Source: an uncultured virus (IMG/VR IMGVR_UViG_3300038312_000396) (lineage: Duplodnaviria > Heunggongvirae > Uroviricota > Caudoviricetes). From it: DNA of 64,000 nt. Every line of letters begins with the position of its first letter. Position 1 is the stretch's first letter. The notes below the pieces were generated by a model. That model worked only from the letters and a program-made list of their open reading frames with translations, was not told the origin of the DNA and did no database searches. Shown here piece after piece: positions 18,104 through 28,343 of this stretch. The DNA lies in the IMG/VR virus record IMGVR_UViG_3300038312_000396; one strand, 5' to 3'. Both the position numbers and the translations under genes were made by a program.

Positions 18104-21100
18104 TTACTCTACCATCAAATCCTCTAAAACAGTTTTTCTCATGTCAATTGCTTGAATCTTTAACATATCAGTAAATGCTGAAGTATGTGTTATACTTGAG
18201 ATTATGTCTCCCACAAGGTAACTAACATCCTGTGTTCTTGTCACTGCCGTATAAGCCATGTTCCTGTTTTTTAACCCGTAAAACAGCTCAAATATAGGAC
18301 AAATGACTAATTTACTTTGTGAGCCTTGCATCTTATGCACTGTTAAAGCATAAGCATGATCTAACTCATTACAATCTCCTATAACAATTTGATTGTAAAT
18401 GTTTCTAGTATCCATTTTGCCCTTAATGTCTACTAAATAAAGTATGTAAAAATTATATTTATCACCATTCGTGTCGAGTGCTGTGTATGATACCCCTATA
18501 GCTATTTCTTCGGGTCTATCGAACACATCCTCTATCTGCTCTTGTATGTCTGAGTTCAGATTATAATTCTGCTGATATAGATCACGCAAGTCTTCTAACG
18601 GTCTTATAAAAGCTATTTTTCCTATTTCACCATTCATTACTCCTGCATGTTCTCCAAATTCTGTGATTTTACCATCCTCTGTCAGCACAAATCTTGCTTT
18701 GGTGTAATTATTCTTTGTGTGTAACACCCTGTCCCCCACTCTTAACGTTATCATGTTATTTCCTATTTCCTTTAAAACTTGCATTTTTACACTATCCTCA
18801 GGATTGAATATAGGCTGTAATAACGTATTTAATTGTGTTGATCCTAACCTATGTCCGGCTTTCTTTAAAGGCGTAACCACAACAATATCGTCATCTTTAA
18901 ACTGTTCGCTATTTATCTGTACATCACCAATGTAATGATTTCCGTTTTCTTCACGAACAAACCTTGTAGGTCTGCCCAAATGATGATTTACTAAGTCAAT
19001 GACAATATGTTGCTCTTTTAAATATTTATCATTATTGTTCTGTGATGGTTTCATATCTAAAACCACAAACTTTTGATGTTCTTCATCTGTGAAAACTGTC
19101 GTACGCTTTATACTCTCAGGTTGCTTACCAATCATTATAGAAGAATTTAAAGTGACTGCCGAACCCTCAACACAACGTTTTACAACGTCTAATTCAACCA
19201 CAGGAAAATACTTTTTTCTTATTATGTCAGCGAATGGTTTACCTGCTCCTATTGGGGGTAATTGTTCAATGTCTGCTATTAAAATAAGTCTTGTTTTCTT
19301 TAGATTAATTCCCTTTAAAACCCGATTGAGTAATGCGCTATTTACCATTGACATTTCATCTATTACTAACGTGTCTGCTTCTATTGCATTTATCTCTGCA
19401 TCTTCATTATCTGATATTTTAAACAACCTATGTAATGTGTACACAGGTCTGTTTACAGTTTCCCTTAACCTATCTGCGGCTCTGCCTGTTGGTGCTGCAA
19501 AGACAACTGTTCCACCGTATACATTCTCTATTACATAAAGTAATACTTCTGCTGCGGTTGTTTTACCTGAACCTGCCGGTCCTGTTATGCATAATAAGTT
19601 ATTACCTACTGCTCTTGCAGCATCTCTTTGTTTTTCTTCTAATTTGAAACCTTTTATGTCTTCAAACTCAGTGATAAGTGATTCAATCCTATCTTTATCA
19701 AATGATATGTCCCTATTCTTTAGTTCATTTAAACAAGTAAATATACCATATTCGTTCGCAATATCTCTTGTTGTGCCAAAGTACGACTTTCCATTATACT
19801 TTAACCCCAAAACTTGTCCTGTCTTTTCAGCAATGTTTAATACCCCTACTCTTTCTTGTTCTGTGGATTGAATTAAAGATATCTTTACTGATCTTCTACC
19901 CCCGTATTGATACATCCCTCTGTAATTCCATTGTATCTGTGTGGGAGCGTACATGTTACCAAATACTTGATGTAAACATTCTCTCTCCGCTTTCTTGATC
20001 CCGTCTGTTGCAATCCCACCGCTAATAAGCTCTTTAAATTTAAACCCATATGTACCTGCTATAGGCATGTCCCATTTTGCAAAATCCACAAAACCGCTTT
20101 CGACAAGCAAGTGATATGCTCTTTTTCTTGTAACCATTATATCAAATATACTTTTACTCAGTTTTGAATCTTTTGTATTAAATGTACTATCTATCACTTC
20201 AATTGTCGAGCCTACATTTTGCGAGTTATCTTTAAAATAATCTAAACAAGCAATACTTTTTCTAAGGTTTAGCACTATCGTTTCTTTAACGCCTTTTATT
20301 CTACCTATAAGTCCGTTAGATAGCGCAACTGTGTCTAATGCCCCTGTTCTAATCTCATCGTTGAAGTAATGTAATACATAGGGATTTTGTTCAAGTATTG
20401 TTAATAAATCAACACTGTCCTCAATTATGCCCTCTCTCTTTAACGAATAAAGCTTAGATAAGTCTCCACTGTCGAAATCCTCTAAAAAGAAAGATAATAT
20501 TGCTACACAAATAAAGTCAGGGTTAGCCAGCGCGTGTAGTCCCTTACACAGCACATGTCTCCATGACTCATAGTCTTTGTTAAGGTACGTGTTTTCTTCT
20601 CCAAATTTGAAAGTTTCCGATACCTTATTTATTGTGTTAATAAGTTCATCATCAAAATCAATATTTCTTTCACAATCTAGCGTAAACTTTCTAACTAAAT
20701 CACCTAAACTGTTAAAAGAACATATTACACTAAATACCGAATACCCGTATGTCTTTACCAAAAGCTTAGACAGTCTTATTCTAGGTACAATCGGGTTTAA
20801 TGTTTTTGCTGTAATAGGGCTTATTTTCTCAATTAAGTTAGCAATTCTGTTCGAGTCTATTTTTAATTCCGCTATTTTCCTTGAAAAGTTATTTAGAACG
20901 ACACCATAAGCGTCTTTACTACGATTATGCCTGACAACTGACTTTAAATAGTTGTTTAGATACTTTCTAAAGTTTTCTTGTGATGCTATCGCAACGTCAA
21001 TTGCTGTAGATAATGTCTCAATTCCATCCCACAGTATGTCATCTAACTGCACATTCGATTGCTTACAGTCTACTTTTAGCGCATCTTCTATCAACTTACC

Positions 21101-21502
21101 GTATTTAATAGTATCTGTAGCTATATCCTTAATATTGTATTTTGTATTTAAACGTTGAATGTCACTATCTTTTATTCTTTCAACTACAGCATCAAAGTTA
21201 GTAATACCACTATCTTGTAAAACACTACCCCCTATGATAAAATCTGTCATTCCCTTAAATAAATTACCCTTTATTAGCAGAGAGTTTCCAGCTATTCCTG
21301 CTCTTGTAACCACCATTAAAGGGATAGTCTCAGTCAATACTTCTAACTTGTTTTCTGTTACAAAATATATTGCTTTACACACACAAGTCTTTATAGAAAA
21401 GTAATCAATATTCACTCTCGATGAAACATTTGAAATGTCTCCGTATACAATAACGTTTAGTGCACTGTCTCCAACTTTTTGCTTTAAAGTCTCGTAATTC
21501 AT
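18104..21502 (-). CDS. RecD2-like SF1B helicase
   Basis: GPAGSGKTT, APTGRAA, TLHRL, IDEMSMV, QLPPIGAG, NGEIG, YALTVHKMQGSQ, YTAVTR. Confidence 0.9.
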   Translation of the reverse strand: MNYETLKQKVGDSALNVIVYGDISNVSSRVNIDYFSIKTCVCKAIYFVTENKLEVLTETIPLMVVTRAGIAGNSLLIKGNLFKGMTDFIIGGSVLQDSGITNFDAVVERIKDSDIQRLNTKYNIKDIATDTIKYGKLIEDALKVDCKQSNVQLDDILWDGIETLSTAIDVAIASQENFRKYLNNYLKSVVRHNRSKDAYGVVLNNFSRKIAELKIDSNRIANLIEKISPITAKTLNPIVPRIRLSKLLVKTYGYSVFSVICSFNSLGDLVRKFTLDCERNIDFDDELINTINKVSETFKFGEENTYLNKDYESWRHVLCKGLHALANPDFICVAILSFFLEDFDSGDLSKLYSLKREGIIEDSVDLLTILEQNPYVLHYFNDEIRTGALDTVALSNGLIGRIKGVKETIVLNLRKSIACLDYFKDNSQNVGSTIEVIDSTFNTKDSKLSKSIFDIMVTRKRAYHLLVESGFVDFAKWDMPIAGTYGFKFKELISGGIATDGIKKAERECLHQVFGNMYAPTQIQWNYRGMYQYGGRRSVKISLIQSTEQERVGVLNIAEKTGQVLGLKYNGKSYFGTTRDIANEYGIFTCLNELKNRDISFDKDRIESLITEFEDIKGFKLEEKQRDAARAVGNNLLCITGPAGSGKTTAAEVLLYVIENVYGGTVVFAAPTGRAADRLRETVNRPVYTLHRLFKISDNEDAEINAIEADTLVIDEMSMVNSALLNRVLKGINLKKTRLILIADIEQLPPIGAGKPFADIIRKKYFPVVELDVVKRCVEGSAVTLNSSIMIGKQPESIKRTTVFTDEEHQKFVVLDMKPSQNNNDKYLKEQHIVIDLVNHHLGRPTRFVREENGNHYIGDVQINSEQFKDDDIVVVTPLKKAGHRLGSTQLNTLLQPIFNPEDSVKMQVLKEIGNNMITLRVGDRVLHTKNNYTKARFVLTEDGKITEFGEHAGVMNGEIGKIAFIRPLEDLRDLYQQNYNLNSDIQEQIEDVFDRPEEIAIGVSYTALDTNGDKYNFYILYLVDIKGKMDTRNIYNQIVIGDCNELDHAYALTVHKMQGSQSKLVICPIFELFYGLKNRNMAYTAVTRTQDVSYLVGDIISSITHTSAFTDMLKIQAIDMRKTVLEDLMVE

Positions 21503-21540
21503 AATGTACTACTTCCTTTTCGTTGTTCTAATTTATGTAG

Positions 21541-21883
21541 TTAAACACTCATGTCTACTGCTAAACTAGTCTTAACGTCAATTTTTAAATTTTTACGCCC
21601 TTGTCTAACGATAAATATACCATCCGTTGGTAATGTTAGTATTTCCTCAAATTGCAAGTTCAGTAACTCGTTATCCCCCTTTATGAATACCGTTTTACCC
21701 GATCCTCGTATATGTCCCCAAGTGTTCTCTTAATTCTATTATACTGTTGTCCGCTTTACTAATACAAATTGCGCTGCTATCAGTAAAAGTAAACACAACA
21801 TAATCATGCATGTCCGTCTGTTCTCTTACTCTCATTCCATATAGAATCTCAATTGTGGATTGTTCAATATCCCTACAAACTCC
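21541..21883 (-). pseudogene. frameshifted paralog of 21891..22265
   Basis: Frame 1: IEQSTIEILYGMRVREQTDMHDYVVFTFTDSSAICISKADNSIIELREH, stop near 21695; a second frame continues GSGKTVFIKGDNELL...AVDMSV. Confidence 0.65.
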
Positions 21884-21890
21884 CTACTGC

Positions 21891-22265
21891 TTAGTACCAT
21901 GTACCAATGTCTATTAGATTGAATAACCGCCCCTTGTCACCATCAACACAAACCATTTTGCTTTCTTTAGAACCTTTCACAGCAATTATCGCCCATGTGA
22001 ATCCTGCATCTCTCAAGGATTTAGTACGCATGTGCCTTAATTCCACAATGTTATTACTTTCTCTAATGACACAAACAGCGCTGTCGTCCTCAAAACAATA
22101 TACAGTGTAGTCTCTTAAAACAAAGTATTCCGTTACCCTTTTGCCATATATAATTTCAACGGTAGCTCTGTTATTGTCCATACGCAGTGTTATCAACTCT
22201 CCCAAGGGTATACCCCTTTTTTTACCCTCTTTATTTAGTCCCACCCCTAGTTGCTCCATTTTCAC
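21891..22265 (-). CDS. accessory paralog family member (shared N-terminal motif)
   Basis: TVEIIYGKRV..DYTVY. Confidence 0.55.
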   Translation of the reverse strand: MKMEQLGVGLNKEGKKRGIPLGELITLRMDNNRATVEIIYGKRVTEYFVLRDYTVYCFEDDSAVCVIRESNNIVELRHMRTKSLRDAGFTWAIIAVKGSKESKMVCVDGDKGRLFNLIDIGTWY

Positions 22266-22573
22266 GATATCGCTTTCAAAGATTTTTCAAGTTCCCTGTA
22301 TAAGTCCATATACATCTCTGGTAAATTATACACAGTCAATAATTTTGCGTCAAAAAATATAAATATTCTACCTTGATAAATACGCATGTTATTTGCTTTT
22401 TTACTATGAAAGTAAAGCCTAGATAAAAAATGTTTTAGAGAACCAGTTGTTTCACAATGCTTAATGCCCGTGTTGTATGCTTTACGTACCAGTTTATCTA
22501 CAACACTTCTTCTTGAAATTCCCCAACGCTCTCTAATTCTGATTCGGGCATGTTGTGTAACACTTACTTTCAT
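22262..22573 (-). CDS. small basic protein, possible RelE/BrnT-like fold
   Basis: VTQHARIRIRERW and C-terminal IFIF..KLLTVY pattern. Confidence 0.4.
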   Translation of the reverse strand: MKVSVTQHARIRIRERWGISRRSVVDKLVRKAYNTGIKHCETTGSLKHFLSRLYFHSKKANNMRIYQGRIFIFFDAKLLTVYNLPEMYMDLYRELEKSLKAIS

Positions 22574-22635
22574 TCAATCGCCCCCAGTCATTTGTATTTA
22601 TTTAAGTTAAAGACTACATCTAGTTAAACCCAAAA

Positions 22636-24303
22636 CTACAACATTTTTTTCGCTTTTTTATGCCCTCTGATTATGACGTTCTTTTGTTTTGGTGTAAGTC
22701 TTTTAGTAGTAACAACTGTATTAATTACATCCATTACAAAGGTATCTACTTTATTTTGTTTATTCCACAATGTTAATTCCTTTATCTTATGCTCTATATC
22801 AGGGTTTAGACCTAATGAGCCACTTGTATTTATGCTGTTATTTTGTATGATACCTTTTTCTTCGGCTTCTATACTCTCTTTTAACTCTCTATACGCTTCT
22901 TTAAGCCAATAATACTGATTTTCAGACCATTTAACAACATCTAGCTTCCGCTCGATTAGCATATCATAAGCAATGTTACCGCCACGGATAGTTAACCTAT
23001 TTTCATTCGTTAAATTATTCTCTAAATACTCTTTCACTTTTGTCCTTTCAGTAATCCGTGTTTCTCTTGCAATTTCCTCTTGCTTAATCAGGTAGTACAT
23101 TTGTGCTACTGTTTCTTCTAACTCTTTTGAATGTGCTATGATATCCCTCTTTATGTCCGGTCTGTTTGCTAAATTGTAATAGTAATCCAGTTCATAAGCA
23201 TACGCCAAATTCATCCTATAATTTACACAGCATAACAAGTTTAAGTCTCTAGCCCGTAATTTGAAATTGACTATGTCATCATCCCTACACGTGTATGTGG
23301 AAAGGAAATATAGACAATCCTCAACCTCTTTTCTTATCGGATTCTTTAACTTTTTCCTAAATTCATACATGTCAATAAAGTTTACAGACAAACCCTCGGT
23401 CGCCCATAGGTTTGTGAGATTTCCCAATTTAAACAATAAATCTTTACGTTTACTTATGTTCTCTTGTAATATTTTATAGTTACCGATACCCTCTTTTTCT
23501 TTATCGTAATCAAAATAGTCGTATTCATCCTCACTCGATAGTCTTCTTAAAAGATACCTATGTATATCGCTGTATAGGTTGTGTAGGAATATAGAGGTGT
23601 TATTGTCGCTGTTAAAGTAGTCTCTTTCAAATTTACCAAAACCAACGTATTCCAAGCAATCCTCTGGCAGTGTGTATTGTTCAGCTAATGTAATAGGTAT
23701 AGGTAAACCTAAACGTAAAAAACTTAAAACAGTTGCCTTTATGTTTGAATCAGGTAATTCTACAATAGCATCTGCTCCAAATACACTTATAAACCTACCT
23801 AAATTCCCACACTCATATGTGTAATACTCCTGATATCTTTTAGTTTCCATAATTGTAACCATCAATTTTAACTCTTTTTGCATTGTATCTTGAAGTTTTG
23901 TTAACGCCTTTATGGCTTCCACATCCAAGTCAAAAAAGTCGCCCACACATGTAGAACCAAATATAAGCGAATTACCACTACTCCTGTTAATCGCCTTAAA
24001 CGCATACCGCAATGAATGCCCTAACTCACAACTAACTCTCTCGTTACCGTGATCCCGCATCCCAGCAAACATCCAGTCACCCTCGCCTTTTAACTTATTA
24101 AGCACAGCTATTTTATGTTTTGATACCCCTAATCTTAGAGAACCTGTGAGTTTATTAAATAAATATATAGTATACTTTTCATAGTATTCCATGAGGAAAT
24201 TTGATTGCTGTTGGGTGAAGAATGTGAATAGGTTTAGATTTCCTTTCAATCTTTCCTCAATATACTTCCTTTTAAATTTCTTATAATCTTTTTTGTTAAA
24301 CAA
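22636..24303 (-). CDS. hypothetical protein with putative Zn-binding motif
   Basis: CELGHSLRY...LIFGSTC. Confidence 0.55.
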   Translation of the reverse strand: MFNKKDYKKFKRKYIEERLKGNLNLFTFFTQQQSNFLMEYYEKYTIYLFNKLTGSLRLGVSKHKIAVLNKLKGEGDWMFAGMRDHGNERVSCELGHSLRYAFKAINRSSGNSLIFGSTCVGDFFDLDVEAIKALTKLQDTMQKELKLMVTIMETKRYQEYYTYECGNLGRFISVFGADAIVELPDSNIKATVLSFLRLGLPIPITLAEQYTLPEDCLEYVGFGKFERDYFNSDNNTSIFLHNLYSDIHRYLLRRLSSEDEYDYFDYDKEKEGIGNYKILQENISKRKDLLFKLGNLTNLWATEGLSVNFIDMYEFRKKLKNPIRKEVEDCLYFLSTYTCRDDDIVNFKLRARDLNLLCCVNYRMNLAYAYELDYYYNLANRPDIKRDIIAHSKELEETVAQMYYLIKQEEIARETRITERTKVKEYLENNLTNENRLTIRGGNIAYDMLIERKLDVVKWSENQYYWLKEAYRELKESIEAEEKGIIQNNSINTSGSLGLNPDIEHKIKELTLWNKQNKVDTFVMDVINTVVTTKRLTPKQKNVIIRGHKKAKKML

Positions 24304-24404
24304 CCAAATTTCCCCCTCTCTTTTTAACTACCCTTTTTAGCCCCTATTGTTAATGTATTGCTACTCCCAGTAGTAACCGTTACTAATCCTGTTAACTTTG
24401 CTTT

Positions 24405-24515
24405 TCAAGTCTGCAAGATACTCCCTGCTGCTCTTGCCACGTTTACATAGTTCACTGAAATTTCGTATACAGTATTCTTCGTTATGTCAAGCTCTAAGTA
24501 GTTTATGTCTCTCAC
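24405..24515 (-). pseudogene. truncated paralog of 25192..25662 / 27566..28072
   Basis: RBS plus GTG; MRDINYLELDITKNTVYEISVNYV resembles EYLERGLLPNVSYEITKDKV. Confidence 0.45.
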
Positions 24516-24538
24516 ATTAACTTACCTCTTTTTCAACA

Positions 24539-25195
24539 TTAATAAGGGATATCATGTCTCACAAATACATCCTGTATTTCACCGCTTATTTTCCCTCGTT
24601 CTTCCCCTGTGATAGCGTCAACTTCATACCAAGTGTTATTTAAGGCATCTAAACAATAAAGAGTAAAGTGTTTTATTGAAAGTTTCATTGCCGCATACCC
24701 CTTTGATACTCTATTTAGATTTTCATCATAAACCCATTTTAAATTTTCCTTTTTACATGTGCAGCTAAAACTAACTTTGTCATCTTTATGAAGTAGCCTA
24801 GTAATGTCTTGAAACCCCTCTAAGGTAATTTTGTCGCTACCCCTCTTTTTCAAATGCCAACCATCTTCCTCTAGTAGTGCTATGTGTTTTCTTCCGTGCG
24901 ATTCAAAATCCTTAACAGACCTATTTAGGTAATCAAGCCCTATGTTAAGTAGTCGGACACCATCAAATTCATCTGTGAAAAGTAGGCTGTAATGCGGCTC
25001 TTCTCTCATTATTTCACGCCTGACTTCGCCAGTTATTGAAGAAAGGATCTCTCCATTTAAGTCAGTTATAAAAAACCTTTGTTTAATATCATAAAATATA
25101 CTGTAGTCCTTTGTATCTGGCTCTATGTGTACTAGCTCTTCACCTGTAATAACCTCTAGTTTGGATTTTATAGTGTCTATTGTATTCATGATCAA
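24539..25195 (-). CDS. accessory paralog family A member
   Basis: KLEVITGEEL, ITDLNGEI, LNIGLDY shared with 26245 and 26955 ORFs. Confidence 0.7.
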   Translation of the reverse strand: MIMNTIDTIKSKLEVITGEELVHIEPDTKDYSIFYDIKQRFFITDLNGEILSSITGEVRREIMREEPHYSLLFTDEFDGVRLLNIGLDYLNRSVKDFESHGRKHIALLEEDGWHLKKRGSDKITLEGFQDITRLLHKDDKVSFSCTCKKENLKWVYDENLNRVSKGYAAMKLSIKHFTLYCLDALNNTWYEVDAITGEERGKISGEIQDVFVRHDIPY

Positions 25196-25662
25196 ACCCT
25201 TATTCCTTTCTCCTCATGTCCGAGGCAAACCATACCTCGATATGCTGTTACACTACCTATTGATGTTCCATATCCCGTTAGGTTGCGATGTTTATGTACT
25301 AAGCTCTCTCCAAGTAAAAGCACCTTGTCATCCAAACTCCCTTGTCTGATCCCTCTTTTTTCTATTTCCCTGTATACAACTACTATGTTTTCAAATACAA
25401 GGTTGACAAGTTCTATTTCCTTTAAATAAGCCGACCAATGCCTACCTATAAAGTCAGTAACTTCGGGTAAGCGCTTAAAAAACTTAGGTACACTTAGTTT
25501 TTTAAGCTTAGTATAGTTATCAGTTAATTCTTTTATACTGATAGGTGTAACCCTATATATTTTTACGAACGCAGTGTTTGGACTATATACTTCAACCTTA
25601 TCTTTAGTTATCTCATAAGAAACATTAGGTAATAAACCCCTTTCTAAGTACTCGTCACTCAT
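25192..25662 (-). CDS. accessory paralog family B member
   Basis: YL...LL.NVSY.I and EKRGI..G..DD.V..LG shared with 27566..28072. Confidence 0.7.
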   Translation of the reverse strand: MSDEYLERGLLPNVSYEITKDKVEVYSPNTAFVKIYRVTPISIKELTDNYTKLKKLSVPKFFKRLPEVTDFIGRHWSAYLKEIELVNLVFENIVVVYREIEKRGIRQGSLDDKVLLLGESLVHKHRNLTGYGTSIGSVTAYRGMVCLGHEEKGIRV

Positions 25663-25850
25663 AGTTATTTACTCCCCTCGTTAATTATTTCTTAAAACCG
25701 CTCTAGCAGCCTTTCTGTAACACCTTTTTCACTGTTAAACCGACTTTCAAACTCCACCGTCAACCTTATACGGTCTACAGACCATTTTATTTTATAAATG
25801 CTTTATTAAATATAGCTTTTTGTGATACACCAGATAAAAGTCAAAATAAA

Positions 25851-25878
25851 AAGATAAGGCTTAATTAAGTCTTATCTT
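25851..25878 (-). terminator. terminator-like hairpin
   Basis: AAGATAAGGCTTA/TAAGTCTTATCTT followed by T-run on the minus strand. Confidence 0.55.
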
Positions 25879-26138
25879 CAACTAATCTTGTACCCGAACC
25901 ACTTAAAAAACTATCCATAAATTTAAAAGTGCGGGCTTAAATTTATTAAGTACCTAGAATGAAAACGTACGCACAAATTTTGTCGTTCGAATCAAAAAAT
26001 ATAACCTATGCGTCTTTTGAAAATAGTATTGTAGGAAGTTAATATGTTTCGATATACTAAAAGAAAACTCAATATCTTGTCAGCTTTTCCTTAACATGCC
26101 TATAATACACCCAAGTAAATATAAAGGTGTTAACCAGT

Positions 26139-26279
26139 TTACAACTGCCAATAATACTCTAAATTAGAATACTTAAAAATTACGCCATGCTTATCCGCCC
26201 AAAGTAAAACGCCTTTGCATAACTCAATAATTTCACCAGATAAGTCAGTCAATACCGCAATCTTTACATCCTCGGCTAC
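26139..26279 (-). pseudogene. remnant of another family A paralog
   Basis: Alternate frame reads VKIAVLTDLSGEIIEL, similar to AFVTNLDGEII and FITDLNGEIL. Confidence 0.4.
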
Positions 26280-26931
26280 CTACACCTTTGATAATCTGTG
26301 TCGTATCTAAACACATCGATATTTCCTTTATTTCTTCTCCAGTAAACCCATTTACCTCAAACCATTTTTCATTACCGTCAACTAGCCTTGAACAGTTGTA
26401 AGTATATCCCCATATTGTTTGTACTACGGTATTATAGTCTCTTGTAAGGTAAGTATATTCTTCGTCCAATAACCTATATGATTCTTTAAACTTTATTTTG
26501 ACCGCAAATCTAAAACTATTATTGGAATGAATAAAGTATGTGATACTCTGATACTCTTCTTCTGTTTCAAGCCTTATATCCCGTCTTTTTAGATACCAAC
26601 CAGTTTCACCACTTAACATCAGATGTTTTTCATTAATAGTTTTAAAACCAAGTAATACTTTACCGATATAATCAAGTCCAATATCTAATACTTTACATGT
26701 GTCCGAATTAATAATCAAGTAAATTAAGCTTGTTCTGTGACTATATTTAAGTGTCTCACACTGAACATTATTATGTACGACTATAATTTCCCCATCTAAA
26801 TTTGTTACGAAAGCCTTTTCACTATCTTTACTAAAAAATACTAAATAGTCCCTTGTGTCAACTCTTACACTTTCTAGTTTCACTCCTGCTACTATTTCAA
26901 GTCTATCCTTTATACTGTTTTGTAATCGCAT
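26245..26931 (-). CDS. accessory paralog family A member
   Basis: RLEIVAGVKL, VTNLDGEI, LDIGLDY, GWYLKRR, WFEVNGFTGEE. Confidence 0.7.
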   Translation of the reverse strand: MRLQNSIKDRLEIVAGVKLESVRVDTRDYLVFFSKDSEKAFVTNLDGEIIVVHNNVQCETLKYSHRTSLIYLIINSDTCKVLDIGLDYIGKVLLGFKTINEKHLMLSGETGWYLKRRDIRLETEEEYQSITYFIHSNNSFRFAVKIKFKESYRLLDEEYTYLTRDYNTVVQTIWGYTYNCSRLVDGNEKWFEVNGFTGEEIKEISMCLDTTQIIKGVGSRGCKDCGID

Positions 26932-26942
26932 AATTATATGTT

Positions 26943-26955
26943 CCCCCCCCCCCCC
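26943..26955 (-). repeat. G13 homopolymer (C13 on + strand) in the RBS region of 26245..26931
   Basis: Read directly; begins in the TAG stop of the upstream gene and ends 11 nt before the ATG. Confidence 0.8.
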
Positions 26956-27554
26956 TAGTTCTTATCTTGCCAGTTTATATGTCTACAATGTGTTATGCCA
27001 TCAATAACTTCAAAACATTTAACTACATCCCCTCTTGTTGTCTCCTCTATTTTAGTAAATTCTCTAGTTCTAAATTTAAAGTCCAAGTCTAATACCCGGT
27101 ATAGCATTTTGTCTTTTATTCTTACTATAAAAAACTTTACTATGTCCGCTTCACAAACAGTTGTCACTTCCTCGAATACTTCCGAAGTAGCACAATCCCC
27201 CGTGCATTTTTTAAGAAAACATCCCAAATCATCTTGTAAGTATAAACAAGAGTTATCTAACATGGAATATGTCACAATATTCCTATCTGTGTATTCCATG
27301 CCTATATTTAGTATATTAAGATACTTTCCTTTTTCAATATAAACAATATACCTGTTGATTCCATAAGGTTTAATTTTCACACCGCCATTATAAAAATTAA
27401 TAACATTTCCCGCTCTATCTGTTGTTACTGCCTGTCCCGTTTCAGTATGAAAAATTCTATACATACCATCATCAGATCTAATGTATTTCAATTTATTACC
27501 TGTCAATAACTCAAGCCTAACTCTTATGTCTTTTATTACCTCTGCTTCTGTCAT
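26955..27554 (-). CDS. accessory paralog family A member
   Basis: RLELLTGNKL, TTDRAGNV, LNIGMEY. Confidence 0.7.
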   Translation of the reverse strand: MTEAEVIKDIRVRLELLTGNKLKYIRSDDGMYRIFHTETGQAVTTDRAGNVINFYNGGVKIKPYGINRYIVYIEKGKYLNILNIGMEYTDRNIVTYSMLDNSCLYLQDDLGCFLKKCTGDCATSEVFEEVTTVCEADIVKFFIVRIKDKMLYRVLDLDFKFRTREFTKIEETTRGDVVKCFEVIDGITHCRHINWQDKN

Positions 27555-27565
27555 CTTTCTTCCCC

Positions 27566-28072
27566 TTAACTTAGTCTGATTATCTTCGTATAAACAGGCG
27601 AGTAATCGTTATTTAATGTAAAAAGATTATTCCTCACAGCACCATAAAAATTAATAACTTTACTAATTACACCGTCAAACTGTAAACTTTGATATCTATT
27701 TGTAAGCTTCATTCCTAATCTAAAAACTTCATCATCTGAATACCCCGAATGTATACCCCTTTTCTCTACAAGGCTAAACACATTTACCATGTTATCGAAT
27801 AGGGCATCTGCAATTCTAAAGTTTTCTAAGTATGTTTCCCAGTAAAGCTTAATAAGTTGTTTAGCTGTATACCTAGTGATAAGCTTTATTTTGCGCTTTC
27901 TTGTCGGCTTAACTAAATCAGTATAACTCTGTAGTAGAGAGTCTAAGTCAATTAACTTTAATCGCTTAACACTAATAAACTCAGTATGTGGGGCTGTTAT
28001 AATTATATAATCATTTGAAATACAATAAGACACATTATTTAATAACTTTCTAGTTAAGTAATTATCTACCAT
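27566..28072 (-). CDS. accessory paralog family B member
   Basis: YLTRKLLNNVSYCI, EKRGIHSGYSDDEVFRLG. Confidence 0.7.
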   Translation of the reverse strand: MVDNYLTRKLLNNVSYCISNDYIIITAPHTEFISVKRLKLIDLDSLLQSYTDLVKPTRKRKIKLITRYTAKQLIKLYWETYLENFRIADALFDNMVNVFSLVEKRGIHSGYSDDEVFRLGMKLTNRYQSLQFDGVISKVINFYGAVRNNLFTLNNDYSPVYTKIIRLS

Positions 28073-28138
28073 AAACTACACACCTTTAAACAGTATTCTT
28101 TCTTTATTAAAAATTTGTCTTAATCCACAACATATAAA

Positions 28139-28170
28139 AAAAAGACAAGAGTATATTGTCTTGTCTTTTT
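28139..28170 (-). terminator. terminator-like hairpin
   Basis: AAAAAGACAAGA/TCTTGTCTTTTT. Confidence 0.6.
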
Positions 28171-28343
28171 AAGTGTTATATTTTTACCGCTATGCAAAAT
28201 AATCTAAAAGTATTTTAGTTACTTACTGCTCTATGTTCCACACTTCCATTAAACGTAGTGAATTCAGTTTATCTACTATGTCTTTAGGTAGCATAACCTC
28301 AATCTTCTCCGTAAATTCAATAGTATGAGTGTCAGCAACCTAC

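Noticed and set aside
26078..26106. Plus-strand promoter-like TTGTCA-18-TATAAT suggesting an antisense RNA
   Set aside because: Lies in AT-rich decayed coding sequence where chance matches are expected; no downstream gene or structure
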